From a virus, in the IMG/VR virus record IMGVR_UViG_3300007513_000010: a stretch of DNA of 64,000 bases, one strand, 5' to 3'. A model generated the notes under the pieces. The model was not told the DNA's origin. It saw nothing but the letters and a program-made list of their open reading frames with translations, and did not search any database. The position numbers and the translations under genes are program-made. Position 1 is the stretch's first letter. Every line of letters starts with the position of its first letter. Below, piece after piece: positions 1 to 9,831 of the stretch.

Positions 1-1
1 T

Positions 2-823
2 CAGTCTGGCTTCCCTCGCGAGAATAAGAAAAAAGTATACAAAACAATTTCTGTGCCAATGCCAGTTAATATTTCTGTAAAATATGATATACTTATAAGA
101 ACAGAGTATCAACAGCAGCTAAATGATTTGATGCTGCCCTTTATAACAAAACCCGGGACCATAAATTTCGTGTCGATATCAGAAGAAGAGCATAAGTACG
201 AAGCGTTTATAGATCAGGGATTTACGCAGACCACCAACCTAGATAATTACACTTCGGAGGAAAGAAGATTCGAAACCAAGATTTCTGTCTCTGTTATCGG
301 GTATTTGGTGGGAGAAGGAAAGAACAGAGAGCGTCCTCATTTTGCAGTGAGGGAAAATTTCGTAGAGATTAAGACACCAAGAGAGAGAATTTCTTTAAGA
401 GAAATTCCAGATCATGAGTATGGCGCATATTATGGTCTGGCCGGCGTTACAATGCAGGAACTGGTTAGAGAATTTGGACCTTCGTTTGTGGGTCAAAACT
501 TTTCTAATATTCCTGCTATTGGGGCAGGTTTTATGGGCGGTTTTCAAAATAGTGGAAATGTTGTGACTACCAATAATTTTTCGACAGTGCTTAATGAGTT
601 TTTCGCCTTTCGAGAACTGATAAAGGACACCGGCGAAGCTGCCGGCAGAAATTTTACAACCTCAAAGGACGTGAAATCAGACAGTGAGACGATTTTCGTC
701 GACGGTCAGTTGCAATTTCCTGGAGCGAACAGAGACTATACGATACTAAATCGAAATATTACTTTTAATTACAACATAGATGAGGATTCTACTGTTTTTT
801 GCACCTATATAATAGACAGGTAA
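2..823 (+). CDS. Neck/tail-terminator-like structural protein (5' truncated by window edge)
   Basis: The frame is open from position 2 (QSGFPRENKKKVYKTISVPMP...). The PVNISVKYDILIRTEYQQQLNDL motif resembles T4 gp15-like tail terminators. The C-terminal IFVDGQLQ..DYT..ITF module is typical of virion proteins, and the gene lies upstream of the sheath. Confidence 0.55.
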   Translation, partial: QSGFPRENKKKVYKTISVPMPVNISVKYDILIRTEYQQQLNDLMLPFITKPGTINFVSISEEEHKYEAFIDQGFTQTTNLDNYTSEERRFETKISVSVIGYLVGEGKNRERPHFAVRENFVEIKTPRERISLREIPDHEYGAYYGLAGVTMQELVREFGPSFVGQNFSNIPAIGAGFMGGFQNSGNVVTTNNFSTVLNEFFAFRELIKDTGEAAGRNFTTSKDVKSDSETIFVDGQLQFPGANRDYTILNRNITFNYNIDEDSTVFCTYIIDR

Positions 824-839
824 AGGAGGATATAAGGCA

Positions 840-1298
840 ATGAGTCTCAAAGACAGACTAAATAAAGTTTTGGATCGGATAGACGATCTATCTAGCAAAT
901 TAGAACTATCAGAAAAGGAGAAAAAGGAAATGATCGAAGACCCAATTGCATCTCAGATTGAGGAGCTTTTAGAAGAAGAGGGGGGACAGGAGGCCGACCA
1001 AGCTGGCCAGCCGGCTAGTCCCCCACCGCGCCTGGAGATTGAGTGGGAGGCTGTGGCTCCAATCGTCCAGTTACGTAACGCCTCTAACAGCTTGAGAAGT
1101 TCGCTCTCGGAGCTTTGTATTGAATACGAGATAAGAAAGAGAAAAATTATGAACTCTTTGGAAGCAATTGAAACTAATCTTGCCGAGAGAGTACAAGAGT
1201 TGAGAGATTCAAGTGGCCTTCCAGAAGAAGCGATGTATAACTTACGACTTCCTGACGAACCAAACGATTCAGGTGAGTTTATCTTGAGAGAAGAATAA
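840..1298 (+). CDS. Hypothetical acidic coiled-coil protein
   Basis: 152-aa ORF with a strong SD (AAGGAGG) upstream. Confidence 0.7.
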   Translation: MSLKDRLNKVLDRIDDLSSKLELSEKEKKEMIEDPIASQIEELLEEEGGQEADQAGQPASPPPRLEIEWEAVAPIVQLRNASNSLRSSLSELCIEYEIRKRKIMNSLEAIETNLAERVQELRDSSGLPEEAMYNLRLPDEPNDSGEFILREE

Positions 1299-1368
1299 GA
1301 AAAGACCGTCAGGCATATCTTTTATTCTTTTTGTTAAAGAAAACAAACTCAGGGAGACTATTTATAAC

Positions 1369-1599
1369 ATGAGCAATGATAAGAAAACTTATGTAACAAG
1401 CGATATCGGAATCGCCGCGTACCTACAACTTCATAATTTTAAACTACTTAGTTGCAAAAGATTGGACAGTGGAAAATTCTATTTCGAATTTGATGACGCC
1501 TCGGATGAGTGCCAAATGAGATCTTTAGAATTTTTACAGTCCGACTTTTGCAAGTTTGATAACATAATAAGAAACTTAAAAAAAGTATTGTTCTCTTAA
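1369..1599 (+). CDS. Small DUF5659-like protein
   Basis: TSDIGIAAYL...GKFYFEF pattern. The ATG directly follows an ACTATTTA motif. Confidence 0.55.
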   Translation: MSNDKKTYVTSDIGIAAYLQLHNFKLLSCKRLDSGKFYFEFDDASDECQMRSLEFLQSDFCKFDNIIRNLKKVLFS

Positions 1600-1742
1600 A
1601 GAACTGAATTACTATATACATTAGAGTGTTTGTCTAGTAACTTCAGTTAATCTTTCCTTTAGTTTTCCCCCTTTTTATTTAATAATTTTTAAATTCAGTT
1701 TTGTCGCAAAATGGTCCTATCTTTTATAGGAGGAAAAAATAG

Positions 1743-4700
1743 ATGGCAAAAGCAACAGGCTCCATTACAATTAATGGAAATCCGGATACAGATGGAAGTA
1801 CCGTTGTCGTCGACGATGGTCAAGGTACGATCCACAGTGAAGTCACGTTTAATACCAGAGACGGCCCCACAGACCACAATGTAACGTCGAAGAACGCAAA
1901 CTTGTTTACGACTTCAACGAATAGCACCTCTTCAAGTCGCCCTCAAATGTACTTGAGGATTGGTGGAGGTAACTGGTCGTACAATAGTTTCGACGATGAT
2001 TGGGGTATGGATGGAACCTACCCTGCAAAGCTGTGGATATCTGATACAGTAGGTAATAAAATATCTATTAGATTTTCCACTGCGACGTCAGGAACTTCCG
2101 GTTCAGCCGTCGATGATGCTTACAACAGTCAATCTCGTAAGATCTCGACTGGCGTATACGAAGTAACAGCCAATAACGGCGTTACTGGTATTGTTGGTGG
2201 TATAATCTATGGTATCAAGGTTTGTATACAGGATGCTATTGATAATGATAGTTTCGACTTAACAGTTTTAGTTAAGAATGGCTCAAATGCAACACAGACG
2301 AGTACCACTCCCAGTACAAGTATGACTCAGTTATATTTGTACTCCCCGGAGAGTACAGACAGAGGTCCAGAACATGCCGGTATATCGGTTGGTCTGGATA
2401 GGCACAGCGGATCTTGGACAACCACATCTTCCGCTTCTGAGTATTTTGGTATTGCTGCTTATGCATCACATTCAGGGAGTAATTATGCTATTACGAATTT
2501 GAATGCATATGATACAGTTGGCTATTGTTGGAAGGGTACTCCATATGAGGTTTCACATGGAGACTTAACAGCAGCAGAGATTGCTGATCAACTTAAAAAA
2601 CTGATCAACGCATTGCCGATAGCGATTACAGCAACAGTTAGTTCGAATGTAGTTAGTTTAACGAACGATGCCCACGGAACGGGGGCTAATGTAACCATAA
2701 CAACAAACGACTCTACTAATTTTGGTGTCTCTGGCATGTCCGGTGGCAGCGCACAAGGTGGAGGAGGAGGATCAACACAAATGGCAAGAACAATGCTAAA
2801 CAACAACCGGCTAGCAATAACAACTGCTCTGTTACCGCAAGATATAAACGAGCAGAATACTCAAGCTGACCTAGGTAGCACCTCAATGGAGTGGGGCGAC
2901 CTTTATATGGCTGATGGCAAGGCTATCAAACTTGGTCATGACCAAGAAGTTACGTTAACTCACGTTGCAGATACTGGTATTCTTTTGAATTCCAGCATGC
3001 AGCTCCAATTTGGTGATTCTGCAACTCATATTAAGCAGGTCTCTGACACCAACCTGGAGATTGAAGCAGATGGATCAGTTATTCTCGATGCGCCTGTTCT
3101 TGATCTTCAAGATGACGGAGTTATCGTTAAGTTTGGCGATGATTCGGATGTCACCTTGACACATATCGCAGATACAGGACTTCGTTTGAACTCAACAATG
3201 GCACTTCAGTTCAACGACGCATCACAATATATTTATGCTCCGTCAGCAACTGTGCTTGATATTCACGCTACTGATGAGGTAGAGATTACTGCAACTCTCT
3301 GTGATATTAATGCAAACCTGGATGTTTCAGGGACATATACCGGCGGCGGCCTGATGACCGTCGGCGGCAGTATTGTGATTCCAGACGCTGGCACAATTGG
3401 TTCCGCTTCGGACACTAACGCAATCGCTATTTCTAGTGGTGGTGTTGTTTCTGTTTCGGCCACCACTGACGCGTCCAGCTCAACAAGCGGTGTCCTCACT
3501 GTTGCTGGTGGTATGGGTGTTGCTAAAAAGCTATACGTTGGTACAGACTTGGACGTTGACGGCACAGCCAATCTTGACATTGTTGATATTGATGGCGCTG
3601 TAGACATGGCAAGTACACTAACCATCGGCGGCGTTACCAAAGTCGGCTCTGCGGCTGGTAGTGGTGTAGATGCTTATCTTTACACTGCAGGCACAGCTGC
3701 TCATGTTGGTATTCAATGGGATGCTGATGGTGCGACAGAAGGTATGTTGATCGGTGGTGCAGATGATCACGGTGTGGACTTTAAGTTCTTCGGTGAATCA
3801 GCTGGTAAATTTGTTCACTGGGACATGTCTGGAGACGAGCTTGTTCTTGGTTCCTCTGCAAAGTTATCATTTAACGACGCTGCCGGCGACGAAACCATCC
3901 TTGCCTCAGCCGACGGTCACTTGGAGGTTAATGCAGGTACTACTCTCGATATGACTGCTCCGACTGTTGATATTAATGCGGCGACAGCTGTCACTATCGA
4001 TACCCCTGGTATTACGGTCACAGATTCAACCACAAGTAGTGCCACAGAGGGTGGATACATACGATTGGCATCAGACGACGGTGCCGCCTTGGCCGACGAT
4101 CATCGACTAGGTGTAATTGAGTTCGCTGCCGCAGAGGACGGTTCGAGTACCATGACAGTAGGTGCAAGAATTGAAGCTATCGCTGATGCCACCTGGTCGG
4201 ACACCGAGAACGGTGCAGCATTAGTTATGTATACAACAGACGGCAATGCTGCACAATCTGAAGTATTGAGGCTGGATAGTGATAAGTTGGCAACTTTTGC
4301 CGGCGCCGTTACCGTAACAGGTGACCTTACGATCAACGGTACTACATCGACTGTCAACAGTACAGTTGTTACAATTGATGATCCAATCTTTACGTTGGGT
4401 GGTGATACAGCACCTAGTTCAGATGACAATAAAGACCGTGGTATTGAATTCCGTTATTACGATTCCGCTGCTAGAATTGGTTTTATGGGTTGGGATGATA
4501 GTGCAAGTGGTTTTACACTGCTTAGCGCTGCATCAAACAGCTCAGAAGTATTTTCTGGTACTGCTGCTCCATTAGTTATGGGCGGTTTGACAGCTACGAC
4601 TATTGGTGCTACTGGCGCCTGTACTCTAGCCAGCTCTTCCGGTGTGACTACCATTGGTGCAACAACAGGTGCTACTGTTTCGGCAGCTGGTATTATAAAT

Positions 4701-6296
4701 GTTAATAATGCGACTGATGCAACTTCTACTACTGACGGCTCACTTCAAACTGATGGTGGGTTAAGTGTCGCCAAAGCAATCTATAACGGAACTTCCGTTG
4801 TTCTTGCTGCAGATTCTGGTACTGTAACAATGGGTGCAACAACAGGCGCGGTAGTAACAGCGGCTGGCATCCTAAATATTAATAACCAAACTGATGCATC
4901 TTCGAAGACCGACGGTTCATTACAGACCGACGGTGGTTTGAGTGTTGCTAAAAAGGCTTATGTCGGTACTGGACTTACAGTTGAGGCTGGTGGTATTGAA
5001 GTTGATGCTGGTGATGTTAACATCGACAGCACTACTGCTGCTTCTAGTAAAACTACTGGTGCTCTCAAAGTTGCCGGTGGTATCAGTGCTCAGCTGAAGG
5101 GTCACTTCGGTACTGGACTTACAACCGATTCTGGTGGTCTTACTGTGACTGCTGGTGGCGTTGAAGTTTCTGCTGGCCGTGTTCTCATTGATGATACAAC
5201 TGATGCTACGACCACATCCGATGGCGCCCTCGTGGTCGCCGGCGGCATAAGTTGTGGTGAGGATGTCGTCATTGGTAATGATTTGGACCTGCTCTCTGAC
5301 GGCGCGATCATGAACTTTGGCGCAGACCAAGATGTTAATCTAACCCATGTTCATGACACAGGTCTTCTGTTGAATAGCAGCCGCCAGCTCCAGTTTGGTG
5401 ATTCTGCAACGCATATTAAGCAGGTTGCAGACGGCCAATTAGAAATGGAAGCTGATGTTGCTATTCAGCTTGATGCTCCGATTATCGACTTTGAAGATGA
5501 CGGTGTTGTTTTGCAGTTTGGTGATGGTGATGATGTCACCTTGACACATGTTCATGATGCAGGGCTTCGCGTGAACTCAACAATGGCACTTCAGTTCCAA
5601 GATGCTGGCACCAAGATTTGGTCATCAGAAGATGGCCAGCTTGATCTCCAGTCTGACGGAACCATGGTAGACTCCATTCTTTTGAATGGTTCTGCTGGTG
5701 GCGTGAAGATAAATTCAGCACTAGATGGTAACGCCGCGGCGATTCACCTTGATTCGGCGTCAGGTCTTACTTTTGCAGGCGGTGATCAAGATGATTCAGT
5801 TTATTTTGAGAACAGTCCCATTCAGATGGAGCAAATTTCTGCACCTTCGACTACGACTGATAAGTTATATAACGTTTCTGGCGTTCTTTATTGGGCAGGC
5901 GCCCGTATTGGCGCACAAGCAGGGCACGGTATTAAGGATACCTCTGGTACCTTTTCCATAGTTTCAGTAGAGCATTCATTTATGTCTGCATCTACTTCAG
6001 ACTTTGTTACCGGCAATGTTGCGGTCGCTGGCGGCGCAGTGGCAAATACCTGTTCATTCACAGGCGCTGCTGGTCAAGCGCTCTCCGGTTCGATACAAGT
6101 CTACTTGAACGGTATGCTTCTTACACGCTCCGGATCAATCTCTGATAAGGGTATGTCAGCAGCGATGCAGGCAACCGCTTCGAGCTACTATGACTACCGT
6201 TTTGATAGTTTGTCTACCCCAACTAAGGTCTATCTGGAAGACTCATTGGACAGCGATGATGTTCTTACTGTTAGATTTATTGCAAGGTCGGACTAA
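1743..6296 (+). CDS. Long tail/neck fibre-like virion protein
   Basis: 1517 aa, G/T/S/A/D-rich. Carries fibre-type repeats (STTDGSLQTDGGLSVAK, GDLTINGTTSTVNST..IDD) and a strong SD, and lies next to the sheath gene. Confidence 0.8.
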   Translation: MAKATGSITINGNPDTDGSTVVVDDGQGTIHSEVTFNTRDGPTDHNVTSKNANLFTTSTNSTSSSRPQMYLRIGGGNWSYNSFDDDWGMDGTYPAKLWISDTVGNKISIRFSTATSGTSGSAVDDAYNSQSRKISTGVYEVTANNGVTGIVGGIIYGIKVCIQDAIDNDSFDLTVLVKNGSNATQTSTTPSTSMTQLYLYSPESTDRGPEHAGISVGLDRHSGSWTTTSSASEYFGIAAYASHSGSNYAITNLNAYDTVGYCWKGTPYEVSHGDLTAAEIADQLKKLINALPIAITATVSSNVVSLTNDAHGTGANVTITTNDSTNFGVSGMSGGSAQGGGGGSTQMARTMLNNNRLAITTALLPQDINEQNTQADLGSTSMEWGDLYMADGKAIKLGHDQEVTLTHVADTGILLNSSMQLQFGDSATHIKQVSDTNLEIEADGSVILDAPVLDLQDDGVIVKFGDDSDVTLTHIADTGLRLNSTMALQFNDASQYIYAPSATVLDIHATDEVEITATLCDINANLDVSGTYTGGGLMTVGGSIVIPDAGTIGSASDTNAIAISSGGVVSVSATTDASSSTSGVLTVAGGMGVAKKLYVGTDLDVDGTANLDIVDIDGAVDMASTLTIGGVTKVGSAAGSGVDAYLYTAGTAAHVGIQWDADGATEGMLIGGADDHGVDFKFFGESAGKFVHWDMSGDELVLGSSAKLSFNDAAGDETILASADGHLEVNAGTTLDMTAPTVDINAATAVTIDTPGITVTDSTTSSATEGGYIRLASDDGAALADDHRLGVIEFAAAEDGSSTMTVGARIEAIADATWSDTENGAALVMYTTDGNAAQSEVLRLDSDKLATFAGAVTVTGDLTINGTTSTVNSTVVTIDDPIFTLGGDTAPSSDDNKDRGIEFRYYDSAARIGFMGWDDSASGFTLLSAASNSSEVFSGTAAPLVMGGLTATTIGATGACTLASSSGVTTIGATTGATVSAAGIINVNNATDATSTTDGSLQTDGGLSVAKAIYNGTSVVLAADSGTVTMGATTGAVVTAAGILNINNQTDASSKTDGSLQTDGGLSVAKKAYVGTGLTVEAGGIEVDAGDVNIDSTTAASSKTTGALKVAGGISAQLKGHFGTGLTTDSGGLTVTAGGVEVSAGRVLIDDTTDATTTSDGALVVAGGISCGEDVVIGNDLDLLSDGAIMNFGADQDVNLTHVHDTGLLLNSSRQLQFGDSATHIKQVADGQLEMEADVAIQLDAPIIDFEDDGVVLQFGDGDDVTLTHVHDAGLRVNSTMALQFQDAGTKIWSSEDGQLDLQSDGTMVDSILLNGSAGGVKINSALDGNAAAIHLDSASGLTFAGGDQDDSVYFENSPIQMEQISAPSTTTDKLYNVSGVLYWAGARIGAQAGHGIKDTSGTFSIVSVEHSFMSASTSDFVTGNVAVAGGAVANTCSFTGAAGQALSGSIQVYLNGMLLTRSGSISDKGMSAAMQATASSYYDYRFDSLSTPTKVYLEDSLDSDDVLTVRFIARSD
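2907..3221 (+). repeat. Copy 1 of a 105-codon internal duplication in the fibre gene
   Basis: Collinear with 5292-5606 (QFGDSATHIKQV, VTLTH, NSTMALQF). Shares DNA blocks such as aactcaacaatggcacttcagttc. Confidence 0.85.
5292..5606 (+). repeat. Copy 2 of the 105-codon internal duplication in the fibre gene
   Basis: Same length (315 nt) and same motifs as 2907-3221. Confidence 0.85.
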
Positions 6297-6317
6297 TAAT
6301 CTGCCTTGTTAAGATCG

Positions 6318-6343
6318 AGGGGGGCTCCGGCCCCCCTTTTTTT
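6318..6343 (+). terminator. Rho-independent terminator after the fibre gene
   Basis: AGGGGGGC-TCCG-GCCCCCCT hairpin followed by a T tract. Confidence 0.9.
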
Positions 6344-6366
6344 AATTTCTTTTTAGATAAGACCAA

Positions 6367-6374
6367 ACTATTTA
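6367..6374 (+). promoter_or_regulatory. Putative late promoter element (ACTATTTA) upstream of the sheath gene
   Basis: The same motif occurs at 1357, 38198, 43156 and 44445, with variants at 1611, 9781, 11513 and 39926. All lie just upstream of gene starts. Confidence 0.65.
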
Positions 6375-6431
6375 TATTACGTAAGGTTATTTTAATTTTA
6401 GTTATCCCATTTAATCGAGGAGATAAATTAT

Positions 6432-9400
6432 ATGTCAGCTAGAAAATTTAAGTTTGTATCGCCAGGAATCTTTCTAAAAGAGATAGATCAGTCACAGATC
6501 CCTGCAGATGCCCCCGCCATTGGCCCGGTAATAATAGGTCGCACAGAGCATGGCCCAGCGATGCGGCCATATAGGGTTAGATCTTTTGATGAATTTGTGA
6601 GAGTATTTGGCGGCCCTACGCCTGGCTGTCAGGGTGAAGATATCTGGCGAAACGGCGGAGCTAGTTTAGCACCGACCTATGCTGCATATGCTGCGCAAGC
6701 ATATTTAACGGCAGACATAGATGTCCCGGTTAATATTGTTAGACTTTTAGGGATCAAGCATCCAGAGGCAACTGACGCCGGCGAAGCCGGGTGGGAATCC
6801 AGCCAGGCATGGGGTATGTTTACATATAGATCTTCATCCCTCGGTACTGATCTGACTGCACCCGATATGCGCCTAGCTGCTGTATTCTATGGAGACTCAG
6901 CCTTGACAGCAAGCCTTGTGGGTATCCAAGCCCACAAGGCGGGCACGAACGCTGAACTAACTGCAAGCCAGATAGGTATTAAGGCAGGTGCCAATGATAA
7001 ATTTAAGATTAGATTTTCAAACGGGACAACAACTACTTCTCCTTATACGATCTCGTTTAACCCTAGTAATACAGATTTCGTTAGAAGCGTCTTGAACACC
7101 AATCCTGTTTTGAATAATTCTACAATTTCTTCTCCAAGGTCTGGATCATTGGAGCAGGCCTACTGGCTAGCGCATTCGTTTGAAGATACGGCACTTGTTC
7201 ATTCTTCAAGTGCTGATACGAATCACTTGTGTGGAATCACAATACCTCTTCAGACCACCACCGCAGCAGGTTCTAAGACTCACATGGGTGATTTCAATGA
7301 AGAGGCCCGTGCCGCTCGCTCAGGGTGGATTTTCTCTCAAGATATGGGAGTCTCTGGTTCGTTTAATCCGATGTCCACAACAAATGCCCCACAAAAATTA
7401 TTTAGATTTGTTTCGCTTCATGAAGGGGAGGACATATCTCGAAGATACAAAGTTTCAATCGAAGACATAAGGCTTCCAGATGCCAATGCTGTTAATCCTT
7501 ACGGTTCTTTCACGGTTAGTATCAGAAGGACGCAGGATAGAGATGATAACAAGCATGGAGTAGTAGAAACTTTCACTGGATGCAGCTTAAATCCAAATTC
7601 ATCAGATTATATTGCAAGAAGGATAGGAGATACTTACCATTCGTGGGACAACTTCGAGCAAAGGTATAAACATTATGGAAATTATAAAAACATTTCAGAG
7701 GTCGTTCGCATCGAGATGAATAATGATGTAGACTCTGGTATGGCTGAACCCTCTTTGGTGCCTTTCGGGTTCTTGGGTCCAATAAAGCCAATTGATTTTT
7801 CTCAATCTGTTGGCTCGGCTGTGAACACAAAATGGATTAATTTCAATCCTCCCGCAAGAGCATCCGCTACGATTATGGTTGATACTGCCAGCGGCTGGTC
7901 AACGACGCCCCTCACATTAATATTAACAAACTCTGACGGTACATCTGTTACTTTTACAGTTCAAGGTGGCGTCAATGATTACTCCGCGGCCAACAGAACA
8001 GGCAACATTAGACTCACGGGAATAAATGGCAACAAGGCGACGCTCGCTGATAACTTTAAATCAGCGCTTGACCTGGCCGTTTTGGTCGGCCACCTAGACA
8101 TGACAGTTTCCGCGCCAGCCAGCGACGGGGCCGCGGCCACAGTTATCACACTAACTCAACTCACATCAGGTGCCCCAGGCAATAAGCCGATTGGAGGCAC
8201 AGCCGTCAGCGGCGATAAAGTGAAAGTCAACCAGACATCTGCCGGCGGAGCCCAAGGCGAAAAGACTTTTGTATCAGGGGTGGGCGCGCGCCAAACATAC
8301 CATGTCGCACCCGCTTTGGACATGCATAATAGTACTCCTAAATTTGTGTGGCCTAAGATGCAAACTGTTGCGACTGGAAATGTCGAACAATTAGAGACAA
8401 CTTATTTTGGCTTTACTCCTCACGACCTAACAGTTGCTGGTGAGATAGTCGGCGCCCGGACTTTTAATGATGCTTATAAAGATTATATTCGTATGCTGCC
8501 AAAAGATCTTTTGGATGCAGACGGCATCTTAAGCAGTTCAGACGTTGAGAAAGAGTATTCTTGGGCGTTTAGCTTGGATGACGTGATCCTTACTTCGTCT
8601 ATTAACGGCCTCCCTTCTCTTGGTGGGGTTACACCCACATCGGTCTACTATGCTTCTGGCTCCCGCGCGACATATCACCCTGACGACTCTTCTTATACTG
8701 CTCGAGCTTCGGCAAGAGATCTGTTGAGAATGGGGGTAAACCAGTTCACTCTCCCGTTGGTGGGTGGTTTTGATGGCACAAACATAAAAGAGGCTGATCC
8801 ATTTAACAACACAGCGTTGGGAGACTCTACTTCCACGTCGAAAAATAATTACGCTTGGGCATCCGTCGAACGCGCTATTCTGTCAGTCAGGGATCCAGAG
8901 GTGGTTGAATGCAATGTCATGGCGGCCCCTGGTATCACAAATGAGGCTCTTGCGAATAAGCTTGTTTCCGTTGCAGAATCAAGGGCTGACACTTTGGCAA
9001 TAATTGACTTACCTAACGTGTTTATCCCTCCTCACGAGGCGAAAAAGGATAGCTTTAAGAATCGCCTAGGAACCACTGCAAAGCAGGCAGCCAGAGATTT
9101 GAAGGAGAGAGGGCTAAGTTCTAGTTACGGCTGCGCTTATTATCCTTGGGTTAAGGTGGCGGATACGCTGTCAGATGCTCAAGTTTGGCTGCCCCCTTCT
9201 GTAATAGCTTTGGGTGTCTTCGGGTATACAGAGGAGAGGGATGAGATCTGGTTTGCCCCCGCAGGCTTCAACCGCGGCGGCTTAAACCAGGGTAATGCGG
9301 GCCTTCCGGTCTTAAATGTGTCAGAACACTTGAGCTCGAAAGAGCGCGACGTTCTATATGATGCCCAAGTTAATCCAATAGCCAAGTTCCCATCGGAAGG

Positions 9401-9767
9401 TCTGGTGGTCTTTGGCCAAAAGACCCTGCAACAAACAAGCTCTGCACTTGATAGGATAAATGTTAGAAGGCTTTTGATCTACGTGAAGAAGGAAGTTTCA
9501 AAAATCGCCTCGACACTACTTTTCGATCAAAATGTTCAGGCAACCTGGAACAGGTTCTTGGGCAAGGTAAATCCATTCTTAAGCAGTGTCAAGAGTAGGC
9601 TTGGGTTGTCGGACTTTAAAGTTATATTGGACGACTCTACGACAACTCCGGACCTAATAGATAGAAACATAATGTATGCTAAAATATTCCTAAAACCTGC
9701 TCGCGCCATTGAGTTTATTGCTATTGATTTTATTATCACCAGTACAGGAGCTTCTTTTGAGGATTAA
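6432..9767 (+). CDS. Contractile tail sheath protein
   Basis: N-terminal FVSPGIFLKEIDQS. C-terminal WFAPAGFNRG, VNPIAKFP, VVFGQKTLQ, LDRINVRRLL and KPARAIEFIAIDF are the classic sheath domain motifs. Confidence 0.97.
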   Translation: MSARKFKFVSPGIFLKEIDQSQIPADAPAIGPVIIGRTEHGPAMRPYRVRSFDEFVRVFGGPTPGCQGEDIWRNGGASLAPTYAAYAAQAYLTADIDVPVNIVRLLGIKHPEATDAGEAGWESSQAWGMFTYRSSSLGTDLTAPDMRLAAVFYGDSALTASLVGIQAHKAGTNAELTASQIGIKAGANDKFKIRFSNGTTTTSPYTISFNPSNTDFVRSVLNTNPVLNNSTISSPRSGSLEQAYWLAHSFEDTALVHSSSADTNHLCGITIPLQTTTAAGSKTHMGDFNEEARAARSGWIFSQDMGVSGSFNPMSTTNAPQKLFRFVSLHEGEDISRRYKVSIEDIRLPDANAVNPYGSFTVSIRRTQDRDDNKHGVVETFTGCSLNPNSSDYIARRIGDTYHSWDNFEQRYKHYGNYKNISEVVRIEMNNDVDSGMAEPSLVPFGFLGPIKPIDFSQSVGSAVNTKWINFNPPARASATIMVDTASGWSTTPLTLILTNSDGTSVTFTVQGGVNDYSAANRTGNIRLTGINGNKATLADNFKSALDLAVLVGHLDMTVSAPASDGAAATVITLTQLTSGAPGNKPIGGTAVSGDKVKVNQTSAGGAQGEKTFVSGVGARQTYHVAPALDMHNSTPKFVWPKMQTVATGNVEQLETTYFGFTPHDLTVAGEIVGARTFNDAYKDYIRMLPKDLLDADGILSSSDVEKEYSWAFSLDDVILTSSINGLPSLGGVTPTSVYYASGSRATYHPDDSSYTARASARDLLRMGVNQFTLPLVGGFDGTNIKEADPFNNTALGDSTSTSKNNYAWASVERAILSVRDPEVVECNVMAAPGITNEALANKLVSVAESRADTLAIIDLPNVFIPPHEAKKDSFKNRLGTTAKQAARDLKERGLSSSYGCAYYPWVKVADTLSDAQVWLPPSVIALGVFGYTEERDEIWFAPAGFNRGGLNQGNAGLPVLNVSEHLSSKERDVLYDAQVNPIAKFPSEGLVVFGQKTLQQTSSALDRINVRRLLIYVKKEVSKIASTLLFDQNVQATWNRFLGKVNPFLSSVKSRLGLSDFKVILDDSTTTPDLIDRNIMYAKIFLKPARAIEFIAIDFIITSTGASFED

Positions 9768-9831
9768 AAAAATATTTTAAACTAATTAATAAGTGAGTTA
9801 TAATTATAACTCTAATAGGAGATCTAATAAT

